Below, in pieces: positions 48,425 through 62,779 of a stretch of DNA of 64,000 nucleotides (the stretch's first letter is position 1; each line of letters starts with the position of its first letter). A model generated the notes under the pieces. That model did not search any database and was not told the origin of the DNA. It saw only the letters and a list, made by a program, of their open reading frames with translations. Both the position numbers and the translations under genes were made by a program. This stretch comes from Nemertoderma westbladi (Eukaryota > Animalia > Xenacoelomorpha): assembly GCA_032718475.1 (NCBI GenBank), contig JAUCBJ010003676.1, positions 80,763 through 144,762 on the forward strand, in the 5' to 3' direction.

Positions 48425-49066
48425 CTTCAATCAGTATTTTCATTTCAACCATTTGAACTGGGTTATCACCGGATAGGCTCTGCCATCTAGGTCCTACAGC
48501 AGCTATGGCTCCGTATAATCCATTGAGGTTGGATAGATGGCACCAATTGTACCACCAACCTCCTTTATACTCCTGAGCGCAGTTACCGCTACCGCTACCG
48601 GTTACCGGTACTTGATCTAAATCGTTGTCATATGTTGAAAATGCCATTCCATTGTGGGCTCTTGCTGGGTAATCAATGTTGGTTATTAACGAATCGCCGG
48701 CAGTAGAATCCTGGTTATTGTATCCTGATATCTTTAGCTCATAGTTGGTATCAGCAGATAGAACTTCAAAGGATGAATATTCTGCATAACTTACGATATT
48801 ATTGTAGCAAAGTTCTACTCTAAGTTGAACTCCTCCCTGGGTGAGCTGGTGAATATTTTGGAGGCCAAGCCAAAACTCGTTGTTTATGTCTCCGAACCCG
48901 GCTACGTATTCATTCAAATTTCTATAGAAATCAACAATCCCATTCATTCTTCGTTGAATGACGATCCATTGATCTCCTTGTTGATCGTCGTAACGAAGAT
49001 AACCGTTGAGACTGTTTACAGTGGCAGGACGAACTTCTCCGTTTGCTTGTAATTCCGCGCATGTTC
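48425..49066 (-). CDS. Host gene exon: complete fibrinogen-related domain (FReD)
   Basis: tag|GAACATGC...G|gttggt, 642 nt, phase 1-1; WIVIQRR.NG.VDFYR, GFGD..EFWLGL, AGDSL, HNGMAFSTYDND, NCA..YKGGWWY..CH.SNLNGLY, EMKI. Confidence 0.95.
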
Positions 49067-49203
49067 CTAGATAAAATCAGCTAACAATAATGTTGGTTTA
49101 AATTAGGCTAAAAATATTATATATGGAGTAGTAATTTGGCATTAGCTTAGTTACTGTTACAAAGTGATAGTTTGTTGAACTAACAGTACTTTATCATAAA
49201 ATT

Positions 49204-49480
49204 TACTACTACTACTACTACTAGGTCGAGCGAACTCGGACAGTGAAAATGAGATCCTTCCAGGCTTCCCGATTCTCCATAGTTGTCGCAAATTCGTTTC
49301 TCCCAAGTTCAGTATCCCTTTCAAGTTGATCTATATATGTTATGGCTGGTGTTCAACGACTACGCTTTCCATGAGTTGGTTGCCAGAGAAGTAGATCTGG
49401 TATGACCTCGTCTTTACTTCACCAGCAGTGCCCACTGAATCTTAATCTGCGTTCACGGAGGGGAGTTGATACAGGTGGCA
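49204..49480 (-). mobile_element. 3' end of an RTE-clade LINE with (TAG)n tail
   Basis: RLRFSGHCW...LLLWQPTHG...TYIDQL...WKD followed by TAG repeats. Confidence 0.85.
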
Positions 49481-50049
49481 TAAAATTTACTATCGAATTA
49501 TTGTTAGAGATTAGAGAACTAAACTGCCGAGGTTTGAGATAGTATATTTTCTAATTATTCTTTCATTAATTCAATTAATTTTCTAATGTAATTTATGTAT
49601 AAACCTTATTAAAGCCGGGGGGATCAATATGACCCCCCCCCCCCCCCCCCCCCAGATATTTTGTACAACATTTTATAGCCCAGTACTAATAAGGTTAACA
49701 ACGGTTCACGTCATATGTGAAAACCGTATTAAGTAAGAAAGTCCAATATTCCCAAATAAATTATAGTTCTACTGGGAATTCCAATTATATCATATTCCAA
49801 CCCACAATAGATCACCCAAAATCAACAGAGAAGTAAAAATAACTATTAATAACAATGTTGAATTAAAAAGAAAACAATCAATACAATTTCTTGGACTTTA
49901 CATCTACACTCTACAGTATACGAAGTCAACGTTTTAGTGACTGGTTTATTCCAACTAGCTATGCGATATTTGATAAGCGGCACAATTCCTGCGTAATAAT
50001 AACTACGAGATCATATGGTAATAGTTTCAGTTATTTTATTTCATAAAAT

Positions 50050-50385
50050 AAAAATTGTTATTTTGTTAAAATCACCAAAACCTAGTCTAACAGCGATACA
50101 CCAAAATTGTTTTATCGTAACACACACACACACACGCATCTTGAGATCTACTAAGTTTACAGATAGGTTAATATTATTTGTAGAGATATTTGGTATTTGT
50201 TTGTTCAGGCACCCTTTTGTCTGCCTTTTCCTGTCGGCAGTATTGTTCTTACGCTAGTACCATTGACCCGCTAGCTCGTATTATACCCATATAAATCACA
50301 CCACGGCAAGTTTACAGTATTTTAGGTCCATTAGCGATAGTTAGGATTTGCTAGGCGGGATTGTTTTCCTGTGAGTTTGGTCCGC
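50050..50385 (+). mobile_element. Fragment of the same LTR family as 17090-18987
   Basis: Shares TTGTTTTAT..GTAACACAC and CCATATAAATCACACC.CGGCAAGTT...GTGAGTTTGGTC with 18280-18715. Confidence 0.7.
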
Positions 50386-50389
50386 ATCT

Positions 50390-53300
50390 GTAGACTGTGT
50401 ACATCTAAAACATTGAAGAAAGGCGTCAGCTGATAAATCATTAGCTAGTTCTAAATTAATATGTCGTGTTGAACAACAAGTAAATAGGCAAACATAAACT
50501 TTTAATTTCTCTCTATTAATAAGATCATTTATTATCCATAAATGTCCCGTGTAATCCATCCCAACAGCAGAGTAAGGCACATCAGCATCAATACGAAAAT
50601 AAGGTAAGGATGGAGTTGGTGGCAAGGGAAAGGGTTTCCCTATAACTTTAGAACATATAATGCATGGATGGATTGTTTTTCTCACTTGTTGTCTTGACCT
50701 GGCTACCCAATATTTCTGTCGAAAAGCTACTAATGTAGAACGAACACCTGCATGTAAGTTTGTTTCATGTACATTACGAATAATAAGTTTTGTGGCATAA
50801 TGATCTTTAGGAAGCAGTAAAGGTAATGTATACCTATGATCTATCTTTACTCTCCCGGCAAGACAAATACAGCCATGTTTATCCATGCATAACCCAAGTT
50901 GCTTTACAATGGGTGGACTTCGCTCATGATGTAATTTGACATGGCTACTTAAATCTTCAATTCGTTCAAGTTGACGATTACTTGCAACATATTCATAAAC
51001 ATCTGCAAAGGCTGAAGCTTGAAGAGATCGAATAAGATAAAGTTCAGATAAATTCATTTCCTCAGCTTCAATTATAAGTGAATTACGTGTATGTTTCGTA
51101 ATAAATCGCAAAATGTATGCTACTACTCAAAGTATTACTTCGTAATTATTAAATCTTGTTAAATCAATACATGACAATATACCACAGTAGTACTCATTTA
51201 ACACTTCTTTTTCAACAAGTGCTGTAATCGAAATTGTATGTTTAGGCTTCCAAATTGGCCATTCTTTTTTATTCTTTAGCCAAGTAGGTCCATTTCGCCA
51301 CAAATTTGACTTCAATAAATAATCAGCAGTACAAGACCTTGATAAAATATCAGCAGGGTTGTCATCAGTCCTCACATGTGATATTTCTGGTAATGTACGT
51401 GTACTAAGGATCTCTTTAACACGATTCCTTACAAACACCTTCAACATTTTTTCTGAATGTAACCAATGCAAGCATATTTCACTGTCAGACCAAATTTAAC
51501 TATAAAATTGCCAAATGCAGGTTTGTATATATTACATAGGTAAGAAGTATAACGTTCAGCCAGTGTAAGTGCTAAGAGTTCTTTACTTGGAATTGATAAA
51601 CCTTTATGTCATTTCAGCGCCATTTAGATTTACAGAGATCAAACATTTCTCTACATACATTTGCAGATGCTTCCCTAGTGGCATTTGGGTGTGTTTCTTA
51701 CTTTGTTTCAGACTCATCGGTAAATCTAATAGGCTCAAAAGTAAAAGTAGTAGCAAAAAAGAAACATAAAGAAACATTTACACTTCCTCTTCACTGTCAC
51801 ATCCTGACAGTAGATTGTCACAATATAACTTATTAAGCATATCAGCAGCAACAGCTGAATCATTTCTTCAAATGGAAGTCGATTGTGACACTAAGTAGAA
51901 ATGATGATGAAGTAGATCCGAACCAAACCACAAGATATCGTAGAACAATTAACTCACCATTAGGATTGTGGTCTTTCACCCAAATGAATTTAACGTAATT
52001 TAAATGCTCTTGATTCAATTTAACTTGTAAAAATGCCTTTGCTATGTCAGAACAAAATGCATATTTGGGAACCCGGAACAGATGTAAAATTTTTACAAGA
52101 TCAGCAAGCATACAAGGTCCTGTTTCCAAGCACTCATTCAAAGATGGGTTTCCAGAATTCGCTGCAAAGACAATTCTAATAGGTGTAGTAACACTATTAG
52201 GTTGCATCACAAAAAAATGCGGTATAAAATGAGAATCCTTCTCATTCCATGGATTTTCTGACTCAGGTATTATTTCCTTCCACATAGCCTTTATTTATCT
52301 GGTCTTGAATAATATCATCATATTCTTTAAATAAATTGATTTTTTTTAAACGCCGTAAAACTTATTTACACTGCCTTGTAGCTTCTTCTATATTAGAAGG
52401 GAGTGTTTGATGATCTAATTTAAATGGTAATGGCACCTCATATTTACCCTTAACAAATTTGATTTTTGACTGAAAATCGGATATAAAGGTATCCCTCAAA
52501 TCTCTGTCCGTCATTTCAACAGAATCTATACCAAGACCTTCCAATGAAAAATAATGGTTAATTTGAGTATCGTATCTAATTTCTCATAAATGGTGTTATT
52601 AGAAAAGGTTACACTAGAATGCATACAAGTTAATACTGTTATTCCCTCAAAATCAGGAGAGTAAGGGCCATGAATTTCTTCAAAGGCAGAAGGAGAAAGG
52701 GGGCCAAGTAGTATATATCCAAGATTTGAAGGTTGCACCATTGGACCTTCCCCTTTAATTATTTTGTCTTTAATAAATTTCCAAGATTGATCACCTCCAA
52801 TCATGATATCAACACAAAATGTATCTTGATTTAATGGGTCTGCAAAGTTTTCTAAACCAAGCTCCTTTATGTAGTCTAAGATATGGCAATAATTCCAATT
52901 GTGTTGGTCAAAGGGCGATACTATTTGGTCAATAACATATGTAGATAAAGGAATAAGACCATCACTAGTAACTAATTTAACATTTGTTGTAGAAAGTTGT
53001 AATGACTTTACAATGCATCCAAAGCCACAAACAGTAATATTTTTCTTGGCTAATATGCTGCTGTTAACTTGTTTACACATAGGGTTGTTATATATGACCT
53101 TTGACTGCCTGGATCTATCAAAATGTTACATTGTAGTATTCTTTCACCGCAAACTACTTGGGTCACTGCAGTTTGTAAAATCACAATATCAGCAATATCT
53201 TTTTCCTCAATACTATCTTTATTGGTATTCATTTGTTGACAAAGGGTTAACTCAGGTTTGGGTGCTGATATAGTAGCTGATGCAGTATGATTTACTTTAT

Positions 53301-54680
53301 TAGATGGTATCCATTCTGGGGCAGTTGGATTAGGTGTGGATTGACGCGATTTGAGTGATGATGGTAGAAAGGGAGGTCTAGATGAATTAACTCTAACCGG
53401 TATGGTTTTATTATAATTTTGATTCCAATGGATAGATGGTTGAGAGTTGCGATAGGTAGTTGGATGGCAATGGCTATATTGTTAATTGTCAAATGGTCTA
53501 TCTCTATGAAGGCTTGTATGGTGTTTTCCTTTACACTTTGCACAGCGAAACTTGCTAGGACAGTTCTTTGCAATATGGTCATTTCTGTGAAGGCAGTTTG
53601 TGCATGCACTTTTTCGCCTTACAGTATTATATTTTTCTTCATGTGTTATAGGGCACATTGCAGTAATGTGAGAAGTATTGTTACAGTAAAAACATTTCTT
53701 TATATCCTTGCTATAACCTGTCGAAGCACCATTATTATTGCCTGGGTTGGGGTTAGTAATGGAAGGAAAACTAGCAATTGTAGATGTGGTGTTTGTGCTG
53801 ATGTTGTTGTTGGTGATTGAGTGGTTAAAACTGTTCTTGCTGATTTGGTTAGTTCCTTAGAACTTACACAATCTTCTTTATCTTCTAATGTTTGATTCAA
53901 GTACGAAAGTAGTTGGTGAACATTCAATAATACTGTTTTATTATGGTCAAGGCGGGATAATAAATGTATTCTTTCTCGAATATCCTGAGGAAGCCTATCA
54001 AACATGGTTTGGGCCAGAGATTGGGAGAAGTCTGCTGCATGAAGTGCTTCTAATGAACGAAGGTGAACCATAATTTCATCATAAAATTTACGTAGTGAGT
54101 GTAGGGATTGGTCTGTTAGACCCAAAGTCAACAATTTATGATGATGTATCCTTACAATTTTATTGTGATCTCCAAACCGTTCAACTAGTGTTTTTAATGC
54201 CATTTCATAATTGGCATCTGAAGCAGTATAACCTTCTATTATTTGTGCAGCTTCCCCTATAAGTAGGGGCTTTAAGTTGTTAAATTTTTGAGACTTTGTA
54301 AGGTCAGCCCTGGATCCAACCTCAGCATCAAATTGGTCAATAGAACCTTGCCATTTTGTAAGTGAGCCATCATATTTTGTTAATTCAATTTTTGGTAATT
54401 TCGATGTAGATACAGTAGATGAACTAGACCTTGATGACTCGTTTCTGTCAGTGTTGGCTCTGTCTATAAGTGTTCTAAACTTATTAATCTGCCCTTTAAC
54501 TACATCTAAACGAATAGCATCATCTCCTTCCCGCTCAGCTATTGCCTCTGATTCAACTTCATATTGGTCATCATCACTAACAATTTCAAGTATTTTTCCA
54601 TCCGGACTTCATTTCTTGAAATGTATTATCCATTCGTTCATGAAAAATACATAATGTCTCATATGTACCTTCATTGTCAT
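50390..54680 (-). pseudogene. Third, heavily decayed BEL/Pao gag-pol with deletions and a small inversion
   Basis: Gag (LVERFGD), protease ILIDPGSQRSY, RT DIAKAFLQV, DNPADILSR, integrase GMDYTG; many frameshifts. Confidence 0.88.
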
Positions 54681-55104
54681 TTTTCACATTAAATAATTTC
54701 TCTGCATTTTGATATATTTTTGTGTAAGCCGTGCGTTTATTTTTTTTCTAACTTTACTTTAGCTATTAAGCTGTTTGGATCTATTCCAACTTGTTTTGGA
54801 GGCATACTTATTGCATAGGATTTGTTTTGTAGGCCTGTAGGCTCAGGGGATGTAATTAATAATAAACCTAATATTTCAATATTTCATTTGGTTAGGCCGG
54901 TTTACACTGTACATTATTATACCAAGCTGCCAAGCAATTAATAATAATCATCAACAGTCAATTCAATCAAACAGTTAAATATAGCAGAAAGGAGATAATC
55001 AGCAAATATAAGCAATTCAGAAGCGAAAACAGACTGTAGACACCACAATCTACAACAACAGTCTACCACAACAGTCTACCACAATCTACAAGCAGCTACT
55101 GATG

Positions 55105-56465
55105 GATTGGATCAGCATGCATTATTTACATTCCTGGGGGACTTTAATGCAAGTCAGCATCAATCACCTACATCGCCCTGGGTCTATAGCAATAGTGTTA
55201 ACCGAAATTCCGTCCATCTTCAGGATTTTATCTCTGGAAATGGATTGTTTTCGGCTGTAACCCAGTTCAAGAATCGAACTGGAAAGCTATGGACTCATAG
55301 TGGACCGAGTGGTCACAAGTCCCAGATAGACCATATTCTGTTTCGTAGAAAATACAGGAGCTCTATACAAGACTGTAATGCTTTTACACTTCGACCCTTC
55401 TCCAGTGATCACCGCCTTATTGTGGCCAAGGTAAGACTTAGCCTGCGTGCTAGCCGAAAAATAACGATCTAACGAGCTAACGAAATCTGCCTTGCCACGG
55501 CATGACTGGTCCTCTCTGTTGCAACAGCCAAGTGTGAGATCCAGCTTCACACTACAGCTGAGCAACAGGTATGAGGTTCTTGCCTCTGAGGCGGCACATC
55601 ACTGTGAGGGCTATACTGCCTTCACAGAAGCAGTTAAGTTAGCAGCTGCAGAAAAAGTTCCTGTCTACCCTCGAAACAGTAAATGGGCTCCCTGGACTGA
55701 TCACAAAATTCAGAAGTACCGAAATGACCTCTATCATGCGCAGAAAGAGTCCCGACTCAAACAGACTACAGCCGCCAAGAATACAGCTAAGGCTGCATCT
55801 AGGTCCCTGAACAGGCAGTACTCTGTTAATCTGCAGGAGCTAATAAACCAACAGGTTGATGTCATCAATGATGCTGACAACAGCAGACAATCATCCCAGC
55901 ATGGAAATCGAGCAACTTGCTTATTTACTGGGCGGAAATGCCAACCAACCACCAAGGTTAAGGCAGAATCACCAGCCGATTGCCTCAATGGTTGGAAGGC
56001 CCACTTTGAAAAGCTCCTCAATAAAAAGAATTGAAAAGTTAAGAACTAAAAGTAAAAATAAAAGTAAAGAATTAAAAGTGTCTGAGTTCTGAGTCTGTAC
56101 TCCCAGATATTCCCATTGGTGATATCTCCTTTGCAGAAGTGAAGGCTGCTGCAAAGAGCATTAAGACCAATCGTGCCAGTGGAGTAGATGGTGTTCCCCC
56201 TGAGGTCTTTAAAATACCTGAGTGTTTAAAGCTCATCTATCCCGTCATAGTAGACATGTACCGAACACCAAGAGTCCCACAAGAAATGAAAACAAATAAG
56301 TTGGTGCCAGTTCCTTTCGCCGTGAGGACCAGCCAGTGCATAATCTTGTACTTTGGCAGCCTCATGGAGTGAATAAGCATGGTGGACAGCCCATGACTTT
56401 CTTGCGACGCATCATAAAGGAAACTGGCCTTGAAGATGCGGATGATCTATCAAATGTCATGGTAG
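55105..56465 (+). mobile_element. RTE-clade LINE fragment (APE C-half and linker, deleted RT, 3' piece)
   Basis: Highly similar to 32105-33682; LGDFNA, IDHIL, SDHR, ASGVDGVPPE. Confidence 0.9.
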
Positions 56466-56486
56466 ATATTGTGCAAGTAAATTTTA

Positions 56487-59400
56487 TAGCTTTATATTAT
56501 ACTCACCTCAATAATAAATAACTCGCACAATATTTATTGGGATTTGTAGCTTTATTTTATACTCACCTCAATAATAAATAACTCGCACAATATTTTTTGG
56601 GATTTGTAGCTTTATTTTATACTCACCTCAATAATAAATAACTCGCACAATATTTATTGGGAATTGTAGCTTTATTTTATACTCACCTCAATAATAAATA
56701 ACTCGCACAATATTTATTGGGATTTGTAGCTTTATTTTATACTCACATCAATAATAAATAACTCGCACAATATTTATTGGGAATTGTAGCTTTATTTTAT
56801 ACTCACATCAATATTAAATAACTCGCACAATATTTATTGGGAATTGTAGCTTTATTTTATACTCACATCAATAATAAATAACTCGCACAATATTTATTGG
56901 GAATTGTAGCTTTATTTTATACTCACATCAATAATAAATAACTCGCACAATATTTATTGGGAATTGTAGCTTTATTTTATACTCACATCAATAATAAATA
57001 ACTCGCACAATATTTATTGGGAATTGTAGCTTTATTTTATACTCACATCAATCATAAATAACTCGCACAATATTTATTGCGAATTGTAGCTTTATTTTAT
57101 ACTCACATCAATAATAAATAACTCGCACAATATTTATTGGGAATTGTAGCTTTATTTTATACTCACATCAATATTAAATAACTAGCACAATATTTATTGG
57201 GAATTGTAACTTTATTTTATACTCACATCAATAATAAATAACTCGCACAATATTTATTGGGAATTGTAGCTTTATTTTATACTCACATCAATAATAAATA
57301 ACTCGCACAATATTTATTGGGAATTGTAGCTTTATTTTATACTCACATCAATAATAAATAACTCGCACAATATTTATTGGGAATTGTAGCTTTATTTTAT
57401 ACTCACATCAATCATAAATAACTCGCACAATATTTATTGCGAATTGTAGCTTTATTTTATACTCACATCAATAATAAATAACTCGCACAATATTTATTGG
57501 GAATTGTAGCTTTATTTTATACTCACATCAATAATAAATAACTCGCACAATATTTATTGGGAATTGTAGCTTTATTTTATACTCACCTCAATAATAAATA
57601 ACTCGCACAATATTTATTGGGATTTGTAGCTTTATTTTATACTCACATCAATAATAAATAACTCGCACAATATTTATTGGGAATTGTAGCTTTATTTTAT
57701 ACTCACATCAATATTAAATAACTCACACAATATTTATTGGGAATTGTAGCTTTATTTTATACTCACATCAATAATAAATAACTCGCACAATATTTATTGG
57801 GAATTGTAGCTTTATTTTATACTCACATCAATAATAAATAACTCGCACAATATTTATTGGGAATTGTAGCTTTATTTTATACTCACATCAATAATAAATA
57901 ACTCGCACAATATTTATTGGGAATTGTAGCTTTATTTTATACTCACATCAATCATAAATAACTCGCACAATATTTATTGCGAATTGTAGCTTTATTTTAT
58001 ACTCACATCAATAATAAATAACTCGCACAATATTTATTGGGAATTGTAGCTTTATTTTATACTCACATCAATATTAAATAACTAGCACAATATTTATTGG
58101 GAATTGTAACTTTATTTTATACTCACATCAATAATAAATAACTCGCACAATATTTATTGGGAATTGTAGCTTTATTTTATACTCACCTCAATAATAAATA
58201 ACTCGCACAATATTTATTGGGAATTGTAGCTTTATTTTATACTCACATCAATAATAAATAACTCGCACAATATTTATTGGGAATTGTAGCTTTATTTTAT
58301 ACTCACATCAATAATAAATAACTCGCACAATATTTATTGGGAATTGTAGCTTTATTTTATACTCACATCAATAATAAATAACTCGCACAATATTTATTGG
58401 GAATTGTAGCTTTATTTTATACTCACATCAATAATAAATAACTCGCACAATATTTATTGGGAATTGTAGCTTTATTTTATACTCACATCAATAATAAATA
58501 ACTCAGCACAATATTTATTGGGAATTGTAGCTTTATTTTATACTCACATCAATATTAAATAACTCGCACAATATTTATTGGGAATTGTAGCTTTATTTTA
58601 TACTCACCTCAATAATAAATAACTCGCACAATATTTATTGGGAATTGTAGCTTTATTTTATACTCACATCAATAATAAATAACTCGCACAATATTTATTG
58701 GGAATTGTAGCTTTATTTTATACTCACATCAATAATAAATAACTAGCACAATATTTATTGGGAATTGTAGCTTTATTTTATACTCACATCAATAATAAAT
58801 AACTCGCACAATATTTATTGGGAATTGTAGCTTTATTTTATACTCACATCAATAATAAATAACTCGCACAATATTTATTGGGAATTGTAGCTTTATTTTA
58901 TACTCACATCAATAATAAATAACTCGCACAATATTTATTGGGAATTGTAGCTTTATTTTATACTCACATCAATAATAAATAACTCGCACAATATTTATTG
59001 GGAATTGTAGCTTTATTTTATACTCACATCAATAATAAATAACTAGCACAATATTTATTGGGAATTGTAGCTTTATTTTATACTCACATCAATAATAAAT
59101 AACTCGCACAATATTTATTGGGAATTGTAGCTTTATTTTATACTCACATCAATAATAAATAACTCGCACAATATTTATTGGGAATTGTAGCTTTATTTTA
59201 TACTCACATCAATAATAAATAACTCGCACAATATTTATTGGGAATTGTAGCTTTATTTTATACTCACATCAATAATAAATAACTCGCACAATATTTATTG
59301 GGAATTGTAGCTTTATTTTATACTCACATCAATAATAAATAACTCGCACAATATTTATTGGGAATTGTAGCTTTATTTTATACTCACATCAATATTAAAT

Positions 59401-60732
59401 AACTAGCACAATATTTATTGGGAATTGTAGCTTTATTTTATACTCACATCAATAATAAATAACTCGCACAATATTTATTGGGAATTGTAGCTTTATTTTA
59501 TACTCACATCAATAATAAATAACTCGCACAATATTTATTGGGAATTGTAGCTTTATTTTATACTCACATCAATAATAAATAACTCGCACAATATTTATTG
59601 GGATTTGTAGCTTTATTTTATACTCACATCAATAATAAATAACTAGCACAATATTTATTGGGAATTGTAGCTTTATTTTATACTCACATCAATAATAAAT
59701 AACTCGCACAATATTTATTGGGAATTGTAGCTTTATTTTATACTCACATCAATAATAAATAACTCGCACAATATTTATTGGGAATTGTAGCTTTATTTTA
59801 TACTCACATCAATAATAAATAACTCGCACAATATTTATTGGGAATTGTAGCTTTATTTTATACTCACATCAATAATAAATAACTCGCACAATATTTATTG
59901 GGAATTGTAGCTTTATTTTATACTCACATCAATAATAAATAACTCGCACAATATTTATTGGGAATTGTAGCTTTATTTTATACTCACATCAATAATAAAT
60001 AACTCGCACAATATTTATTGGGAATTGTAGCTTTATTTTATACTCACATCAATAATAAATAACTCGCACAATATTTATTGGGAATTGTAGCTTTATTTTA
60101 TACTCACATCAATATTAAATAACTTGCACAATATTTATTGGGAATTGTAGCTTTATTTTATACTCACATCAATAATAAATAACTCGCACAATATTTATTG
60201 GGAATTGTAGCTTTATTTTATACTCACATCAATAATAAATAACTCGCACAATATTTATTGGGAATTGTAGCTTTATTTTATACTCACATCAATAATAAAT
60301 AACTCGCACAATATTTATTGGGAATTGTAGCTTTATTTTATACTCACATCAATAATAAATAACTCGCACAATATTTATTGGGAATTGTAGCTTTATTTTA
60401 TACTCACATCAATAATAAATAACTCGCACAATATTTATTGGGAATTGTAGCTTTATTTTATACTCACATCAATAATAAATAACTCGCACAATATTTATTG
60501 GGAATTGTAGCTTTATTTTATACTCACATCAATAATAAATAACTTGCACAATATTTATTGGGAATTGTAGCTTTATTTTATACTCACATCAATAATAAAT
60601 AACTCGCACAATATTTATTGGGAATTGTAGCTTTATTTTATACTCACATCAATAATAAATAACTCGCACAATATTTATTGGGAATTGTAGCTTTATTTTA
60701 TACTCACATCAATAATAAATAACTCGCACAAT
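56487..60732. repeat. 60-bp tandem satellite, about 70 copies
   Basis: Unit ACTCGCACAATATTTATTGGGAATTGTAGCTTTATTTTATACTCACATCAATAATAAATA. Confidence 0.98.
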
Positions 60733-60743
60733 TTTTAACTAAC

Positions 60744-60876
60744 CAGTAACTCTTCTCTTCACTTCTAGATCTTCTGATATTTCCTGGTTAGCAACACTTG
60801 CAGCTGCAAGTCTATTGACCTGTAGTGTCAAAAGTAATAGGCCTAGTAATGCCTTCACCATATCAGGGACTGCCAT
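60744..60876 (-). CDS. Host gene first coding exon: signal peptide and propeptide
   Basis: MAVPDMVKALLGLLLLTLQVNRLAAASVANQEISEDLEVKRRVT-G|gttagt; phase 1 matches the FReD exon; acceptor cattcag just upstream of 60889. Confidence 0.7.
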
Positions 60877-62779
60877 AAGGCTAAGTACCCTGAATGGGAT
60901 ATAGGCCTACCGGGTACAATAACCACCAAGTCGAATAATTAAATTAAATTTAACAGCTAACCTTACGATTTGTATAATATTGTACCCGTGTTGTACAGCA
61001 TTATATTCCTGTAGTTATGAGAAGCAACAGAACCTGTAATAAGAAGCTTATGGATTTTTTCTCATGAGGAATGATGATGAACATGTAGAGAATAATATAA
61101 CTTAATCCTCTCTCCACAAGCGATCCATATTCATCTGTAATACACATTCCTTGTATACAAGAGTAAAATCCCCTTAGTACAATGTATTTAGCTACACTAA
61201 CATATAACTCTTATAGAAATAGGGGGATTATAATATTCACTGACTCTGGTGCATGGCATTCGATTTTTAAGCATCTCATAACTCACATTGTTAGTAACAA
61301 TGTAGTTTATGAGATAGCTGACATAAGATAATAACTAAATTATGGTCAGAAAGTTGCAATTAATAGTGGAACCATGCAACTTCGACACATAGTACATTTA
61401 CTGGCATATCTGATTTGGCTCAAATTCCTATATTTCACTCTTCAATATCAGTATGGTATTCTTCAATACTAAAAAATCACCCAGAGTAGTTTCACCCCCG
61501 GTTAAAATCCCCTCGTAAATTATTCTAACCAGGGGGTGAAAATTACTAGGGAATTTTAACCGGGGGGGTGAATTTTTAGGGGGGTGGAATTCTCTGCTAC
61601 ACCGGTGAGATAGTGTTGGACAGTTTGGTTTATTATAATGAAATCCTTCCACATAGTCCTCCCACCCCCAACCACTAACAGCGCGCCCCTGCGCCCGTAT
61701 ATAGTTGTCAGCAGCCATTCTACAGTATCAACAGTAACACTAACTACCTATGGTGCCCGTGATATGGGACTGTGGTCTATGGAACGCCAATAGCTCCATA
61801 ATGTTACTACCAAACTAAATATTTGTTAGCTACTTTTTTATCCCCCCCCCCCACTGATCTCGGCTATTTGTGAATGGATTTCTTTGAAATTTAGTGGAAA
61901 CCTACACATGCATATTACAAACTCAAAACCAAAAAAAAGTTTTTGAAAATCACAGTAGTGAGACCGTGTTGGCACTTTTCGCACACGGTTACATAAATTT
62001 GCCAAATACTTTTATGTTGAGAAACGTAAAGTGTCAAAATAATTGGACATGTGGACTTATAATGGTATGCTTTTTTACAATCCTTTTTTATTAAAATGTA
62101 AGTTTTATAAAAAGATATATATAAATTTCTCATTAGAGAACTTCTAATTCTTATACATCATGAATTCGCTTTGTATAACCGCTGCTGTATCTCTACCTTT
62201 ACTAATTCTACCAGTGGCTATGGGCTTGGATAATTTAGTATCAATGGTTTGTCGTTCTGAAGAAGGTTGTGGGAATGCGGTTGTAAGTAAACAACATCAA
62301 CACTCGTGTTATATATATAGTGTGTTGAACCTGACTAAATGCTGCGTATTAATAACTTTTAGTATATACAGTAGAGATAAGTTTTAATAATCCTTGTTTG
62401 ATAAACTAGTTTATATTAATTAAGTCATACCTTAATACATTACAAAGGCATAGCTGGAAGGAAGACTAGAGACAGAGTGCTTGCATTAGCAGCAGAGTAA
62501 AGTTAGCAGAGCCAGTAAAATGGCACCCTTGTAGAGGCAAATACTTAGTTACTCCTTGATGTGATTTTCTGAGTAGATAGGTTTGTATCCATGTGGACCA
62601 ATATGGATCCAAGGGAATGGATAATTAAATTAGTACTGTTGTATAGTCTTACCAAACCGCCATTTTTAAACCATTTTACGAATTTTTTGTTTGATTTATT
62701 TTCGGCTTTTGCTCAAAAGTTATAATTTTATCATAAGTTGATATTTTATATATAATTTTATCAAAAGTGTTTAGAATTT

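Noticed and set aside
56487-60732. CRISPR array
   Set aside because: Homogeneous tandem units without unique spacers
62431-62527. Signal-peptide-like exon GAILLALLTLLCC
   Set aside because: Stops in all frames; at most a 5' UTR exon
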